Below are positions 8,682 to 19,118 of a stretch of DNA of 64,000 bases, piece after piece. This DNA comes from an uncultured Bacilli bacterium. Its GTDB lineage: Bacteria; Bacillota_I; Bacilli_A; RF39; UBA660. The stretch is from contig CAKOOK010000004.1 of assembly GCA_934098515.1 (NCBI GenBank), forward strand, positions 3,483-67,482, written 5' to 3'. The notes below the pieces were generated by a model. The model was not told the origin of the DNA and searched no databases. It saw only the letters and a list, made by a program, of their open reading frames with translations. Numbering within the stretch: position 1 is the stretch's first letter; each line of letters opens with the position of its first letter. A program made the position numbers and the translations under genes.

Positions 8682-9767
8682 ATGGATAAAGAAATAAAGA
8701 AAATCCTTAAAAAAATAGAAAGTAATGGATATGAAGCATATATAGTTGGTGGTTATGTAAGAGATTATATCTTACATAACCCTACAACTGATGTTGATAT
8801 ATGTACTAATGCTTTACCTAAAGATATTTTACGTATATTTGATATCAAGAAGGAAAATCCTTCTTATGGGTCTATTAAGATTGCTACTAAGAAATTTAAT
8901 TATGATATAACAACTTATCGTAGAGAAGAGAATTATAAAAATAGAAAACCAGAAACTATAACTTATGTTAATAATTTAATAGATGATATTAAAAGAAGAG
9001 ACTTTACTATTAATGCTTTATGTATGAATAGTGATGGATTAATTATAGATCTTTTGGATGGTACTCGTGATTTGGAAAATAGAATTATAAGAGTTATTGG
9101 GGATACTAAGCAAAAGTTAACTGAGGATCCTTTACGTATTTTAAGAGCTATAAGGTTTTCTATAGTTTTAGATTTTGAATTAGATAAAGAGATAAAAGAT
9201 TTTATTTCTAATAATAGAAGTATTATTAAAACTTTATCTTATACAAGAAAAAAAGAAGAATTAGAAAAGATACTTGTATCTAAGAAAGCAGAAGAAGGAT
9301 TAAAATATTTAAAAAATAATCATTTTTGTGATGAATTAGAGATTAAGTATGATAGAATAGTACCGATTAAGGATTTACTTGGTATGTGGGCTCAGATGGA
9401 ATTTAGTGATAAATATCCTTTTACTAAGTCTAATATAAAGACTATTAAGGATATTAGAACAATTCTTAATCAGAGAGTAATTAATAATGAGACACTGTTT
9501 AATTATGAATTATATACTGTTTTAGTTAGTGCTGAGATTATGGGAGTAACTAAGAAAGAGGTTTATAAGATTAATAATTCTTTAAAGATTCATAGTAAGA
9601 GTGAACTTAAGATTAGACAAGAGGATGTTATTAAGATTTTAGATATTGAGCCATCATGCAGGGTTAAAGTTATTTATAATGATGTGTTGATAAAAGTTGT
9701 TAATAATGTTTTACCTAATAATTATAAAAAAATTAAAGATTATATATTAAAAAATTGGAGTGATTGA
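8682..9767 (+). CDS. cca: CCA-adding tRNA nucleotidyltransferase
   Basis: GGYVRDYIL...DVDI polymerase-beta-type head; RRDFTINA; EDPLRILRAIRF. Confidence 0.85.
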   Translation: MDKEIKKILKKIESNGYEAYIVGGYVRDYILHNPTTDVDICTNALPKDILRIFDIKKENPSYGSIKIATKKFNYDITTYRREENYKNRKPETITYVNNLIDDIKRRDFTINALCMNSDGLIIDLLDGTRDLENRIIRVIGDTKQKLTEDPLRILRAIRFSIVLDFELDKEIKDFISNNRSIIKTLSYTRKKEELEKILVSKKAEEGLKYLKNNHFCDELEIKYDRIVPIKDLLGMWAQMEFSDKYPFTKSNIKTIKDIRTILNQRVINNETLFNYELYTVLVSAEIMGVTKKEVYKINNSLKIHSKSELKIRQEDVIKILDIEPSCRVKVIYNDVLIKVVNNVLPNNYKKIKDYILKNWSD

Positions 9768-9768
9768 C

Positions 9769-10410
9769 ATGAGTAATAGTATATTAGAGGGATTAATTAA
9801 GGAAAAAGATTATACTTTTAAGAAGTTGCTTTTTAAGCTTATTAAGGACTTTGATTTATCTCTTGAAGAATTACTATTACTAGTATATTTTATTAATCAG
9901 GATAAGCCTGTATTTGATATTAAAAGGATATCTCTTATCACTTATTTAAGTAGTAATGAGATAATGACGGCTTTTTCTTCTTTAACTGGTAAAGGACTGG
10001 TGTCTATTAAAACTAGTAAGGAAGATGGTAAAATAACTGAAGTTATAGATATTACTAATACTTATAGAGCAATGGTTAGTGATATTAATATAAATATAAA
10101 AAAACAAGCTACAACTAATATTTATACTATATTTGAAAAGGAATTTGGTAGACCACTAAGTCCAGTTGAGTATGAAATTATTAAAGCATGGATTACTAAT
10201 GGTATTAGTGAAGAACTTATAAAAGGAGCATTGAAAGAGGCAGTATTTAATAATGTAAGGAACCTTAGATATATAGATAAGATTTTATCTGAATGGGAGA
10301 AGAAGGGTTTTAAATCAGTTGATGAGGTTGATTCTTATTTAAAAAAGAAGGAGTCAAATAATCCTAAACAGGAGTTGTTTGATTATAATTGGTTAGAGGA
10401 TGAAGAGTAG
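9769..10410 (+). CDS. dnaD: DnaD-domain replication initiation/membrane attachment protein
   Basis: C-terminal DnaD/DnaB-2 domain FEKEFGRPLSPVEYEIIKAWI...NLRYIDKILSEWEKKG; precedes nth as in other Bacillota. Confidence 0.8.
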   Translation: MSNSILEGLIKEKDYTFKKLLFKLIKDFDLSLEELLLLVYFINQDKPVFDIKRISLITYLSSNEIMTAFSSLTGKGLVSIKTSKEDGKITEVIDITNTYRAMVSDININIKKQATTNIYTIFEKEFGRPLSPVEYEIIKAWITNGISEELIKGALKEAVFNNVRNLRYIDKILSEWEKKGFKSVDEVDSYLKKKESNNPKQELFDYNWLEDEE

Positions 10411-11011
10411 TTTTTATGAATATTTAGATTATTATATTCCGAATCCTAAGTGTGAACTTAATTATTCTACTGATTATGAATTATTAATAGCGACTGTTTT
10501 AAGTGCACAATGTACAGATAAAAGAGTTAATGAGGTAACTAAGATTTTATTTAAATATAATTTAGAGGAAATCTCTTTAATGAGTTTTAATGATATAGAA
10601 AAGATAATTAGAAGTTGTGGTTCATATACTAAAAAGGCTGTTTATGTAAAAAATATTGCTGATATATTACTTCATGATTATAATGGTAAAGTACCTAATA
10701 GTAGGGAAATTTTAGAAACATTTCCAGGAGTTGGGCCTAAGACTTGTAGTGTTGTTTTAAAAAATATTTATAATGTTCCAGCAATACCAGTTGATACTCA
10801 TGTAGAAAGAGTATGTAAAAGATTAGGTATAGTTTTTGATAATGCGACGCCTAGAGATGTTGAATATATTTTAAAAAATGAGATACCAGTGGATAAGTGG
10901 AATAGGGTAAGCGAACAGATTCTTCTTTTTGGGAGATACTACTGCACGGCGATTAATCCTAAATGTGATAATTGCTTATTTAAGAATTTTTGTAAATATA
11001 AAAGGAGCTAG
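10400..11011 (+). CDS. nth: endonuclease III
   Basis: HhH-GPD motif FPGVGPKTCSVV...VDTHV and C-terminal 4Fe-4S cluster CX6CX2CX5C (CTAINPKCDNCLFKNFC). Confidence 0.9.
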   Translation: MKSSFYEYLDYYIPNPKCELNYSTDYELLIATVLSAQCTDKRVNEVTKILFKYNLEEISLMSFNDIEKIIRSCGSYTKKAVYVKNIADILLHDYNGKVPNSREILETFPGVGPKTCSVVLKNIYNVPAIPVDTHVERVCKRLGIVFDNATPRDVEYILKNEIPVDKWNRVSEQILLFGRYYCTAINPKCDNCLFKNFCKYKRS

Positions 11012-11029
11012 TTTTGTCTAGCTCCTTTT
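11001..11029. terminator. bidirectional hairpin between convergent nth and ponA
   Basis: aaaaggagctag-ttttgt-ctagctcctttt. Confidence 0.6.
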
Positions 11030-13793
11030 AGCATCCATTAGTTAATGTTCTAGTAAAACTTTTTGTTTTACCATTATAAGTTACATTATGTATAATTGTG
11101 TATGAACTTGTGCAGTCTAAACTTTTGCAATCTACACTGTTGTTATTTTGATCAGAACAATAATTTTTAGTTACTGCTTGATTTGTTACATCAATGCCAT
11201 TATTTGTGACTTTAACTGGGCTTTTATTAGTATCGTTATTAATCATATCATAGTATCCAGATACGGTCATTGTATTATTACCATTTAGGGTTATTTCAAC
11301 ATCTCCTGTACTTGAAGAGTTACCATCAGGATTAACTGTAACTGAAACTCCACTACTCATATTATTTTTAAATTTAGAGTAGGCTGATTTAATGGTAAAT
11401 GTTGCTTTGCTACTAAGAAGACCAGTATATGTAAATTTGTTATTAGTAGTAAATCCTAAATCTGTAGTGTTACCATTAACTGTAATATATACGTGATAAC
11501 CATTTGTACCAATGTTATTAGCGTTATAAGTTATACGTTCTTCATAGTATTTTTCACTCCAAGGTTTATAACCTTCATCAAAGTATTCTTTTAGGTATGC
11601 TTCATCTATAGCTTTAGGTGTTGCTATATCTTCCCAAGATAGTTCTACAGCACCAAGTAAATAATTGGCTTTTAAATTTGTTGGGTTTTCTAATTGACTA
11701 AATCTAAATGATTCTTCACTCGGAACTGTTCCTTTTTTGAAGTAAGCCGTTGTTCTTAAATTAGATGGAGTAGCTGCACTAGCAAGAGCAAGAGGCTCAG
11801 TACCAAGTTCTACTTCTGCAGTAACAACACTTGATGGTTGTTTCCATCTTGAGTTTGTTTCGAATATATCTTTAATAAGTTGTCTTACCATTGGTTTTTT
11901 AATTTTACCGGCATCACTATTTAATAGATAAGTTTCTTTAGTTGTTTCTTTGTAACCAATCCATAAGCCGATAGTGTAATCTGGAGAGTAAACCATTTGC
12001 CATGAGTCACCAATAACATCACCTTTAATTCCTAAACTTTTAATATATTTTGAATCAATTGTTGATGTACCAGTCTTACTTGCAATGTCAGTTCCAGATT
12101 TAGAACCAGCTGATACGTAATTATTTGTAACTGCGTTTCTTAGTATTATATTAATCATATAAGCTGTTGCTTCACTCATTACTGTACGTTTTTCTGGTGT
12201 TACTGTATATACTTCACCAGTGTCTAGGAATTCAGCACTTGTAAATGAGTATGGTTCTATATAAATGCCACCTCTAGCAAATGTTGCATATGCTGCCGCC
12301 ATTTCAAGTGGGTTTGTACCATTAAATCCACCAATACTATGAGCTTCATTAATAAAACCATTTTCGTATTCTGGTGTAATTCCTAAGTTTGTTACAAATG
12401 TTTTAATTTGGGATTGTGAAACGGCTTGAAATGCTTGAAGAGCAGGGATGTTTCTTGATGATCCAAGAGCTGTTTCAATAGTCATAATTCCTTTGTAACT
12501 ATTATCCCAGTTTTTTAAATAACCGCCACCAGAGTATGTGTATTTATCATCGATAATCATTTTACCAGTTGACCAGTTTAAATATTCAATAGCTGGACCG
12601 TAGTCAAATATTGGCTTAGCGGTTGAACCAGGGTGTCTTTTAATCATAGTTGCATAGTTGTATTCTCTTAATCTTTTTCTATTACGTCCTGCACCTACTG
12701 CAATAAGTGAGCCATTATCATTATCTACTACTGCAATACCGGCTTGAACTGTATCATTTAACCATTTGTACGTTGTACCATTATATATACTATTAATTGC
12801 TTCTTGTTTTTCTCTAACCATTGTTGTTTTAATTGACATTGGTGTTTCGTATGGATTCTTACCAGTTCTATCAATTACTTCTTCAACTACTGTATCAATG
12901 AATCCTTGATATTGGTTTGTTGTGCTTTCACTTTCAACTAGTAAGCTTTTAAGTGGAATAGATTTAGCAATTTCACATTCTTCTTCACTAATATAACCAT
13001 GCCTTTTCATTAGGTTAAGTACTTGATTTCTTCTTGATTCTGCTTTTTCAGGATAATCGAATGGATCGTAAGCAACTGGTGCTTGGAATAGTCCAGCGAT
13101 TGTTGCTGCTTCTGGTAAAGATAATTCACTAGCGCTTTTACCAAAGTATACTTGACTAGCTTGTTCTATACCATATGAACCACTACCTAAATAAGGAATG
13201 TTTACATAAAATTCAATTAATTGTTCTTTAGAGTATTTTTTTTCTAAGACGAATACTGATAAGTAAACATCAGTAAATTTACGAATAATACCTCTAATAC
13301 CAGATGCTTCACTATTTGTAAGTCTTTGTTTAGCAACTTGCATTGTTAGGGTAGAAGCTCCACCAGCACCGCTTTGACCAAATACTTGTCCAATTGTTGC
13401 TTTTAAGAATCTTGCCATATCGACACCACTATGTTGGAAGTATCTTGAGTCTTCTGTTGCTACTAGTGCATCAATAAATACTTCTGGAAGTTCATCATAA
13501 GTTACTTTTTGTCTATTTTCAGTACCAAGTCTAGCAAGTTCTTCTCCTTTACTATCAAATAGGATAGATGCTTCTTTAGTGTACAAACTTTGTGGATCAA
13601 ATTTAGGTGCTGCTATAACTACATAAATGAAAAAAGCAAGTCCACAAGCAAATCCACTAACAAGTATGAGCATTATAACAATTAGTATTTTTTCAAATAT
13701 ATTTCCTTTTTGCCAGTTCTTTTTAAATTGACTGGTTGTTATATTTTCTTTTTTTACCTTATTAACTTTTCTTTTAAGTTTAATCTTTTTCAT
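11028..13793 (-). CDS. ponA: bifunctional class A penicillin-binding protein (glycosyltransferase + transpeptidase) with ~230-aa C-terminal extension
   Basis: GT51 motifs EDSRYFQHSGVD, GGSTLTMQ; transpeptidase STAKP, SRN, KTGT; upstream of recU as in Bacillus. Confidence 0.9.
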   Translation of the reverse strand: MKKIKLKRKVNKVKKENITTSQFKKNWQKGNIFEKILIVIMLILVSGFACGLAFFIYVVIAAPKFDPQSLYTKEASILFDSKGEELARLGTENRQKVTYDELPEVFIDALVATEDSRYFQHSGVDMARFLKATIGQVFGQSGAGGASTLTMQVAKQRLTNSEASGIRGIIRKFTDVYLSVFVLEKKYSKEQLIEFYVNIPYLGSGSYGIEQASQVYFGKSASELSLPEAATIAGLFQAPVAYDPFDYPEKAESRRNQVLNLMKRHGYISEEECEIAKSIPLKSLLVESESTTNQYQGFIDTVVEEVIDRTGKNPYETPMSIKTTMVREKQEAINSIYNGTTYKWLNDTVQAGIAVVDNDNGSLIAVGAGRNRKRLREYNYATMIKRHPGSTAKPIFDYGPAIEYLNWSTGKMIIDDKYTYSGGGYLKNWDNSYKGIMTIETALGSSRNIPALQAFQAVSQSQIKTFVTNLGITPEYENGFINEAHSIGGFNGTNPLEMAAAYATFARGGIYIEPYSFTSAEFLDTGEVYTVTPEKRTVMSEATAYMINIILRNAVTNNYVSAGSKSGTDIASKTGTSTIDSKYIKSLGIKGDVIGDSWQMVYSPDYTIGLWIGYKETTKETYLLNSDAGKIKKPMVRQLIKDIFETNSRWKQPSSVVTAEVELGTEPLALASAATPSNLRTTAYFKKGTVPSEESFRFSQLENPTNLKANYLLGAVELSWEDIATPKAIDEAYLKEYFDEGYKPWSEKYYEERITYNANNIGTNGYHVYITVNGNTTDLGFTTNNKFTYTGLLSSKATFTIKSAYSKFKNNMSSGVSVTVNPDGNSSSTGDVEITLNGNNTMTVSGYYDMINNDTNKSPVKVTNNGIDVTNQAVTKNYCSDQNNNSVDCKSLDCTSSYTIIHNVTYNGKTKSFTRTLTNGC

Positions 13794-14356
13794 AAAATTT
13801 CCTCCTTTTTGCTAATAAGTGTATCTAACACTGTTATATAGTCTAGTGTTGGACTAAATTTTAATTTAATTTCTAATCCTTCTTTTTGGATAAATTCAAA
13901 TGGTATACTTTTTCTATCATTATTATTTACAAAATTCATTAAAACATTTCCATCTAAAATAAAAAATCTGTCATTCATTTCAATTATTAAAAAACTTATA
14001 CCTTTATGTTTTAAGACTCTTTCAATATGAAGCATTTGGTGTTTATGGATGTTTGCTAAAGGAAAGCTTGTTTTACTTTTAGAACTTTTAGCATCAAAAT
14101 CTAGATAATACCCTTTATAAACTCCAGTGTAGTCGAGAGTAGATTTTTCTCTTAAGACGCCTTCAATATATTCTGTTTTACCTTTGTAAGAGACTTTTTT
14201 AATTTCTACGGGAGTGGGTTTTTTATAAATTACGGCAATGTCATTATCTAAGTAGTATTTATTTGCTTCGTTTATAAGGTTTTCTAAATCCATTCCACGT
14301 TTTGCATAATTTACAGGTTTTTGATAAGCCTTTTTGGCTTTTCCTGGATAGAGCAT
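13790..14356 (-). CDS. recU: Holliday junction resolvase RecU
   Basis: Length, position next to ponA, and RecU-like sequence (GMDLENLINEAN...DYTGVYKGYYLDFDAK). ATG behind the ggtgg RBS was preferred over the upstream TTG. Confidence 0.85.
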   Translation of the reverse strand: MLYPGKAKKAYQKPVNYAKRGMDLENLINEANKYYLDNDIAVIYKKPTPVEIKKVSYKGKTEYIEGVLREKSTLDYTGVYKGYYLDFDAKSSKSKTSFPLANIHKHQMLHIERVLKHKGISFLIIEMNDRFFILDGNVLMNFVNNNDRKSIPFEFIQKEGLEIKLKFSPTLDYITVLDTLISKKEEIL

Positions 14357-14474
14357 TGTAACCACCAATATAATTATACTTAAAAAATGTGATAATTTCT
14401 ATAAGTAGTTATATAATTTGCATTTTTTTACACTATTTTATATAATAAGGATGCAAGTGTTAAAAGGAGCTTAT

Positions 14475-15065
14475 ATGAAAATTGAAAATTCAAATTTAAA
14501 TGTTATTGCGGTTAGAACTAGTCAGTATCCTGATGATGGGAAGAAGGAGTTTTTACTTGTTGGTCGTAGTAATGTAGGCAAAAGTAGTTTTATAAATACT
14601 TTATTAGGTAGAAAGAATTATGCTAAAACTAGTAGTACACCTGGTAAGACACAGACACTAAACTTTTATATATGTAATGATGAGTTTTATTTAGTTGATG
14701 TGCCTGGTTATGGTTATGCACAAAGAGATAAAGTTACGCAGAAAAAGTTTGGCTTAATGATTGAGGAGTATCTTAAAACAAGAGAGAATCTAGTACGTGT
14801 GTTTATGCTTGTCGATAGTCGTATGAAACCTACTGAAAATGATATTTTGATGTATAATTATTTAAAATATTTTAATATTAAGACAACTATTGTTGCTACT
14901 AAGTATGATAAGTTAAAGGCTAAAGAGCGTGATAAGAATATTAAGAATGTAGCAAGTACTCTTAATTTAGTTGAGGATGATAAAGTAGTAGCGTTTTCTT
15001 CAGTTACTAAGAAGGGTAGAGATGAAGTTTTAAGTATTATTAATGAGGCACTAAATGAAGAATAA
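14475..15065 (+). CDS. engB: ribosome biogenesis GTPase YsxC/EngB
   Basis: G1 GRSNVGKSS, G3 DVPGYG, G4 TKYDK. Start at ATG 14475 behind aaggag. Confidence 0.9.
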   Translation: MKIENSNLNVIAVRTSQYPDDGKKEFLLVGRSNVGKSSFINTLLGRKNYAKTSSTPGKTQTLNFYICNDEFYLVDVPGYGYAQRDKVTQKKFGLMIEEYLKTRENLVRVFMLVDSRMKPTENDILMYNYLKYFNIKTTIVATKYDKLKAKERDKNIKNVASTLNLVEDDKVVAFSSVTKKGRDEVLSIINEALNEE

Positions 15066-15492
15066 AAGAGGTTTTACCCTAGTGGAGTTATTAGCAGTAA
15101 TAGTAGTTCTTAGTTTGGTTATGATTATTGCAATACCAGCTATTTCTAAAAATACTAGAAGTGCTAGAGAAGCGGTTTTAAAAACTAAAGTTGATTTGAT
15201 TATAAATGAGTCTGTAATTTGGGCAGAAGATAATTTAAATTATTTTTTAACTTCTAATAAAGGACCACTTAAGTCTTGTACTGAGGGAAGTACAATTACT
15301 TGTGAGATAACATTTAATGATCTAGCTGCAGCTGGTTATATAAAATATGATAATGAAGAGGAAAAACTTATTACGGATTCTACTAAGAAAAAGGATAGTT
15401 TAAATGATGAGATTATACTTCTTACTTATGACAAGAGTACAAGAAAAGTAAGTAGTAGTCTTAAAGATTCGTCACTTATTTCTGATAATTAA
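15055..15492 (+). CDS. type IV pilin/pseudopilin-like protein with prepilin N-terminal cleavage/methylation motif
   Basis: MKNKRG|FTLVELLAVIVVLSLV class III signal. The ATG overlaps the engB 3' end by 11 nt. Confidence 0.8.
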   Translation: MKNKRGFTLVELLAVIVVLSLVMIIAIPAISKNTRSAREAVLKTKVDLIINESVIWAEDNLNYFLTSNKGPLKSCTEGSTITCEITFNDLAAAGYIKYDNEEEKLITDSTKKKDSLNDEIILLTYDKSTRKVSSSLKDSSLISDN

Positions 15493-15494
15493 TA

Positions 15495-15522
15495 GAAAAA
15501 CCCAAACAAGGGTTTTTATTTT
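15495..15522 (+). terminator. rho-independent terminator
   Basis: aaaaaccc-aaacaa-gggttttt plus T-run. Confidence 0.7.
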
Positions 15523-15566
15523 GGCTTATTTATGGTAAAATATTGAAGAAAAAAGAGGTGGTTTTT

Positions 15567-16877
15567 ATGAGAAAAACTGTATGTTTAATTGGTAGACCAA
15601 ATACAGGTAAGTCTACTTTATTTAATCGTCTTATAAATGAAAAGAAATCTATTATTGATGATGCTCCGGGAGTTACTAGAGATCGTATTTATGGTATTGT
15701 TAATTATGGAAATAAAAGTTTTCAACTTATTGATACTGGTGGTATTGATTTAGCAAAAGAAGACTTTAACCATAATATTAAAATGCAAGCAGAACTAGCA
15801 ATTGATGAGAGTGATGTTATTGTTTTTGTAATTGATGGAAAGACAGATTTAACTAGTAATGATTTACTTATTAGTGAGAATTTAAAAAGAACTAAGAAAA
15901 AGGTAATTGTAGCGGTTAATAAGTTAGATGAAACACATCAAAATAATTTAATGTATAATTTTTATGAACTTGGTTTTGATACGTATTTACCTATTAGCGC
16001 AGAGCATAATAAGGGGATTAATTCTTTATTAGATGAGATTACTAGAGATTTTCCGGATTATACTACTGAAGAAGATGATGCTACATTAAAATTTTCTATT
16101 ATTGGTAGACCAAATGTAGGTAAGAGTTCTTTAATTAATGCTCTTTTAAATGAGGATAGAGCTATTGTATCAAATATTGCTGGTACTACTAGAGATGCTA
16201 TTGATACTAAGTTTACTTATGAAAAGAAAGATTATATTGTTATTGATACTGCTGGTATGCGTAAAAAGGGACGTATTTATGAGAATATTGAAAAGTATAG
16301 TTTAATTAGAAGTATGAAAGCTATTGATAGATCTGATGTGTGCGTTCTGGTAATTAATGCTGAAGAAGGAATAATAGAACATGATAAACATATAGCATCA
16401 TATGCATTAGATGCAGGTAAAGCAATGGTTATTGTGGTAAATAAATGGGATACTGTTGAAAATAAAGATGAAGAGATGAAAAAATGGATAGCAAATATTA
16501 GGGCTAATTTTCAGTTTATTCCGTATGTTAATATTGTTTTCTTATCTGCTAAGACTAAGTCAAGAATTCATACACTTATGCCAGAGATTATTAAAGCATA
16601 TGAAAGTGCGACTAAAGAAATTAAGACTAGTGTACTAAATGATATTATTAGAGAAGCTGTTGCTATGCATGAACCACCTAGTTATAAGGGAAAGAGACTT
16701 AAAATATATTTTGTTAATCAGTGTGATACAAGACCACCTAAGTTTGAATTTCAAGTAAATAATAAAGGACTACTTCATTTTAGTTATGAAAGATATTTAG
16801 AAAATCAAATAAGAAATAATATTGATTTAACTGGGACACCAATTATTTTAAAATTTACTAATAAGGGTGAAAAATAA
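15567..16877 (+). CDS. der: ribosome-associated tandem GTPase Der/EngA
   Basis: Two G domains (GRPNTGKST, GRPNVGKSS; DTGG, DTAG; NKLD, NKWD) and a KH-like C-terminus. Confidence 0.95.
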   Translation: MRKTVCLIGRPNTGKSTLFNRLINEKKSIIDDAPGVTRDRIYGIVNYGNKSFQLIDTGGIDLAKEDFNHNIKMQAELAIDESDVIVFVIDGKTDLTSNDLLISENLKRTKKKVIVAVNKLDETHQNNLMYNFYELGFDTYLPISAEHNKGINSLLDEITRDFPDYTTEEDDATLKFSIIGRPNVGKSSLINALLNEDRAIVSNIAGTTRDAIDTKFTYEKKDYIVIDTAGMRKKGRIYENIEKYSLIRSMKAIDRSDVCVLVINAEEGIIEHDKHIASYALDAGKAMVIVVNKWDTVENKDEEMKKWIANIRANFQFIPYVNIVFLSAKTKSRIHTLMPEIIKAYESATKEIKTSVLNDIIREAVAMHEPPSYKGKRLKIYFVNQCDTRPPKFEFQVNNKGLLHFSYERYLENQIRNNIDLTGTPIILKFTNKGEK

Positions 16878-17785
16878 TGAAAAAGAAAATAATATTTATT
16901 GTGATACTTCTTTTAATCATGACATTAACAATTTTTCTAATATTTAAATTAAGAAGTGATGATAAAACTAAGATGACGAGTAATGAATTTTATGCAGTAG
17001 TAAGAGAAAGCTATGCTGGTTATGCTTTAGTTAAACCTTTAGATGAAGATATTAATTATGATGTTTTAAGTATTTCAGTAAAGGATTTAAAAGTTGGAGA
17101 TATTATTAGATTAAAAATAAAAGATATTAAAGAAATATATCCACCTGAAGCAGAAGTAGAAGAAATAGAAGTGCTACAAACAGATAAAATATCTGAGTTA
17201 GAACCGGATATTAAAGAAGAAGTAACTACTAAAATTACTGAACAAATAAAAAATGATATAACCACATCACAAACAACTTCGGTAAGCAAAAATGAAACAA
17301 CGACAACTAAAAAGAAAGATATTAAAAATGCTGATGAAGAGGTTCTAGCTTATTTTAATAATGAAGTTAATACAGCTGATAGTAAATCTAAAGGTACGTT
17401 AAAGAATACTTTTATTAAAGTAGTAGATTTTATATTTTATGATAAAGATATAAATGGGTATTATTTTAAAAATTTAACGAATTCGGCTAAGTTAAAAGTA
17501 ATAGGGCTTGCATTAAAACTAGATAATATAATTGATAGTCATTTTCCAGGATATAAAGATGAATTATCTAGTAGTTATAATAAAGCAAAAGATAATTTAA
17601 TTACACTTTATTTAAATCTTACTAGTGAGTTTTGTAAAAATAATGATAGTATATGTGAAAGTGCTAAAAATGATTTTTCTCTTTTAAAAGAAAGCTTAAA
17701 TTTAAGCTGGGATGTTATTAAGAATCTAACTAAAAGTGGTACTAATAAATTAAAAGAATGGTATGAGATATTTAGTGGAAAATAA
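16877..17785 (+). CDS. hypothetical membrane-anchored protein
   Basis: Single N-terminal TM segment; T/E/K-rich linker. No motif recognised. Confidence 0.45.
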   Translation: MKKKIIFIVILLLIMTLTIFLIFKLRSDDKTKMTSNEFYAVVRESYAGYALVKPLDEDINYDVLSISVKDLKVGDIIRLKIKDIKEIYPPEAEVEEIEVLQTDKISELEPDIKEEVTTKITEQIKNDITTSQTTSVSKNETTTTKKKDIKNADEEVLAYFNNEVNTADSKSKGTLKNTFIKVVDFIFYDKDINGYYFKNLTNSAKLKVIGLALKLDNIIDSHFPGYKDELSSSYNKAKDNLITLYLNLTSEFCKNNDSICESAKNDFSLLKESLNLSWDVIKNLTKSGTNKLKEWYEIFSGK

Positions 17786-18398
17786 AATTATACTTGATAG
17801 TGCTGAAATAACATATATATTTGTACCAAAAAGAATTAAAAATATTTATTTTAGATTTAAGGATGATGGGAAACTTTATATATCAGGACCTAGTAGAACT
17901 CAAAAAAATATTGAAAAGTTACTATTACAAAATAAAGAGAGTATTTTAAAACTATATCAAAAGAATGCTTTAAAAAAAGATAAACCAATTACATATTTAG
18001 GCCGTGAATTAAGTTTAATTATTACTAATACAAAGCCTGCTTTATATGAAGATGTTATATATGCTGAAAGTAGTGAAAAGGCGTTAAGTTATCTTTATAA
18101 ACTAAGTTTACCTTACTTTGAAAAGAGAGTAGAAGTTTTAAAACAAGAATTTGATAATTTACCTAATTTTAGAGTAAGAGCAAGACTTATGAAAACTAAA
18201 TGGGGAGTATGTAATACTAAGAGTATGACTGTTACCCTAAATACTACTTTAATTACTAAAAGAGAAGAATTAATAGATTATGTAATTATTCATGAGTTAT
18301 CACATTTTAAACATATGAATCATAGTGCTGCCTTCTGGGATGAAGTTGGAAGACATTATCCAGATTATAAAAGAGCAAGAAAGGAATTAAATGCATGA
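17763..18398 (+). CDS. YgjP-like (DUF45/WLM-type) zinc metallohydrolase
   Basis: HELSHFKHMNHSAAFW (HExxH...H) near the C-terminus. Confidence 0.8.
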   Translation: MRYLVENKIILDSAEITYIFVPKRIKNIYFRFKDDGKLYISGPSRTQKNIEKLLLQNKESILKLYQKNALKKDKPITYLGRELSLIITNTKPALYEDVIYAESSEKALSYLYKLSLPYFEKRVEVLKQEFDNLPNFRVRARLMKTKWGVCNTKSMTVTLNTTLITKREELIDYVIIHELSHFKHMNHSAAFWDEVGRHYPDYKRARKELNA

Positions 18399-19108
18399 TT
18401 ATAGAGTCATTAAATAATGAAAAGATTAAAAGATATACAAAATTACAAAATAAAAAATATCGTGAAGAAGAAGGACTTTATATTGCTCCAGGTGAGCATT
18501 TGGTTAGAGAGGCATTATCTTTAGATTTAGTAAAAGAAGTGTTTCTATTAGAAGGCGAAGATAATACTTATGGTAATGTAACTTATTTAAAAGAAGCAGT
18601 TATGAAGAAGTTATCTGGCTTAGAAAATGCTCCTAAGGTACTTGCAATAGTTAAGAAGAATGTTACTAATGATATTAAAGGTAATGTAATAATCTTAGAT
18701 AATTTAAAAGATCCAGGTAATATCGGAACGATTATACGTAGTGCAGTAGCATTTAATTATGAAACAATTATAATAAGCCCTAATTCAGCAGATGTTTATA
18801 ATATTAAAACAATTAGAGCAACTGAAGGGATGCTTTATAAAGTAAATATCATTATTAAAGATTTAAATGAAATAATTCCTGATTTAAAAAATAAAGGTTA
18901 TATGATTGTTGGAACGGACGTTCAAAAAGGAAGTCATCCATATAAAATAAGTGGTGCTCATGCACTTATTATTGGATCAGAAGCAAAAGGTATGAGTGAA
19001 GAAGTAAAAAAATTATGTGATGAATTTTTCTATATTCCAATGAATGAAAAGTGTGAAAGTTTAAATGCTGGAGTATCAGCAAGTATTCTTATGTATACAC
19101 AATTATAA
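18395..19108 (+). CDS. TrmH/SpoU-family RNA 2'-O-methyltransferase
   Basis: SPOUT motifs LDNLKDPGNIGTIIRSA, ALIIGSEAKGMS, IPM...ESLNAGVSASILMY. Confidence 0.85.
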   Translation: MIIESLNNEKIKRYTKLQNKKYREEEGLYIAPGEHLVREALSLDLVKEVFLLEGEDNTYGNVTYLKEAVMKKLSGLENAPKVLAIVKKNVTNDIKGNVIILDNLKDPGNIGTIIRSAVAFNYETIIISPNSADVYNIKTIRATEGMLYKVNIIIKDLNEIIPDLKNKGYMIVGTDVQKGSHPYKISGAHALIIGSEAKGMSEEVKKLCDEFFYIPMNEKCESLNAGVSASILMYTQL

Positions 19109-19118
19109 GAGGTAGGTT

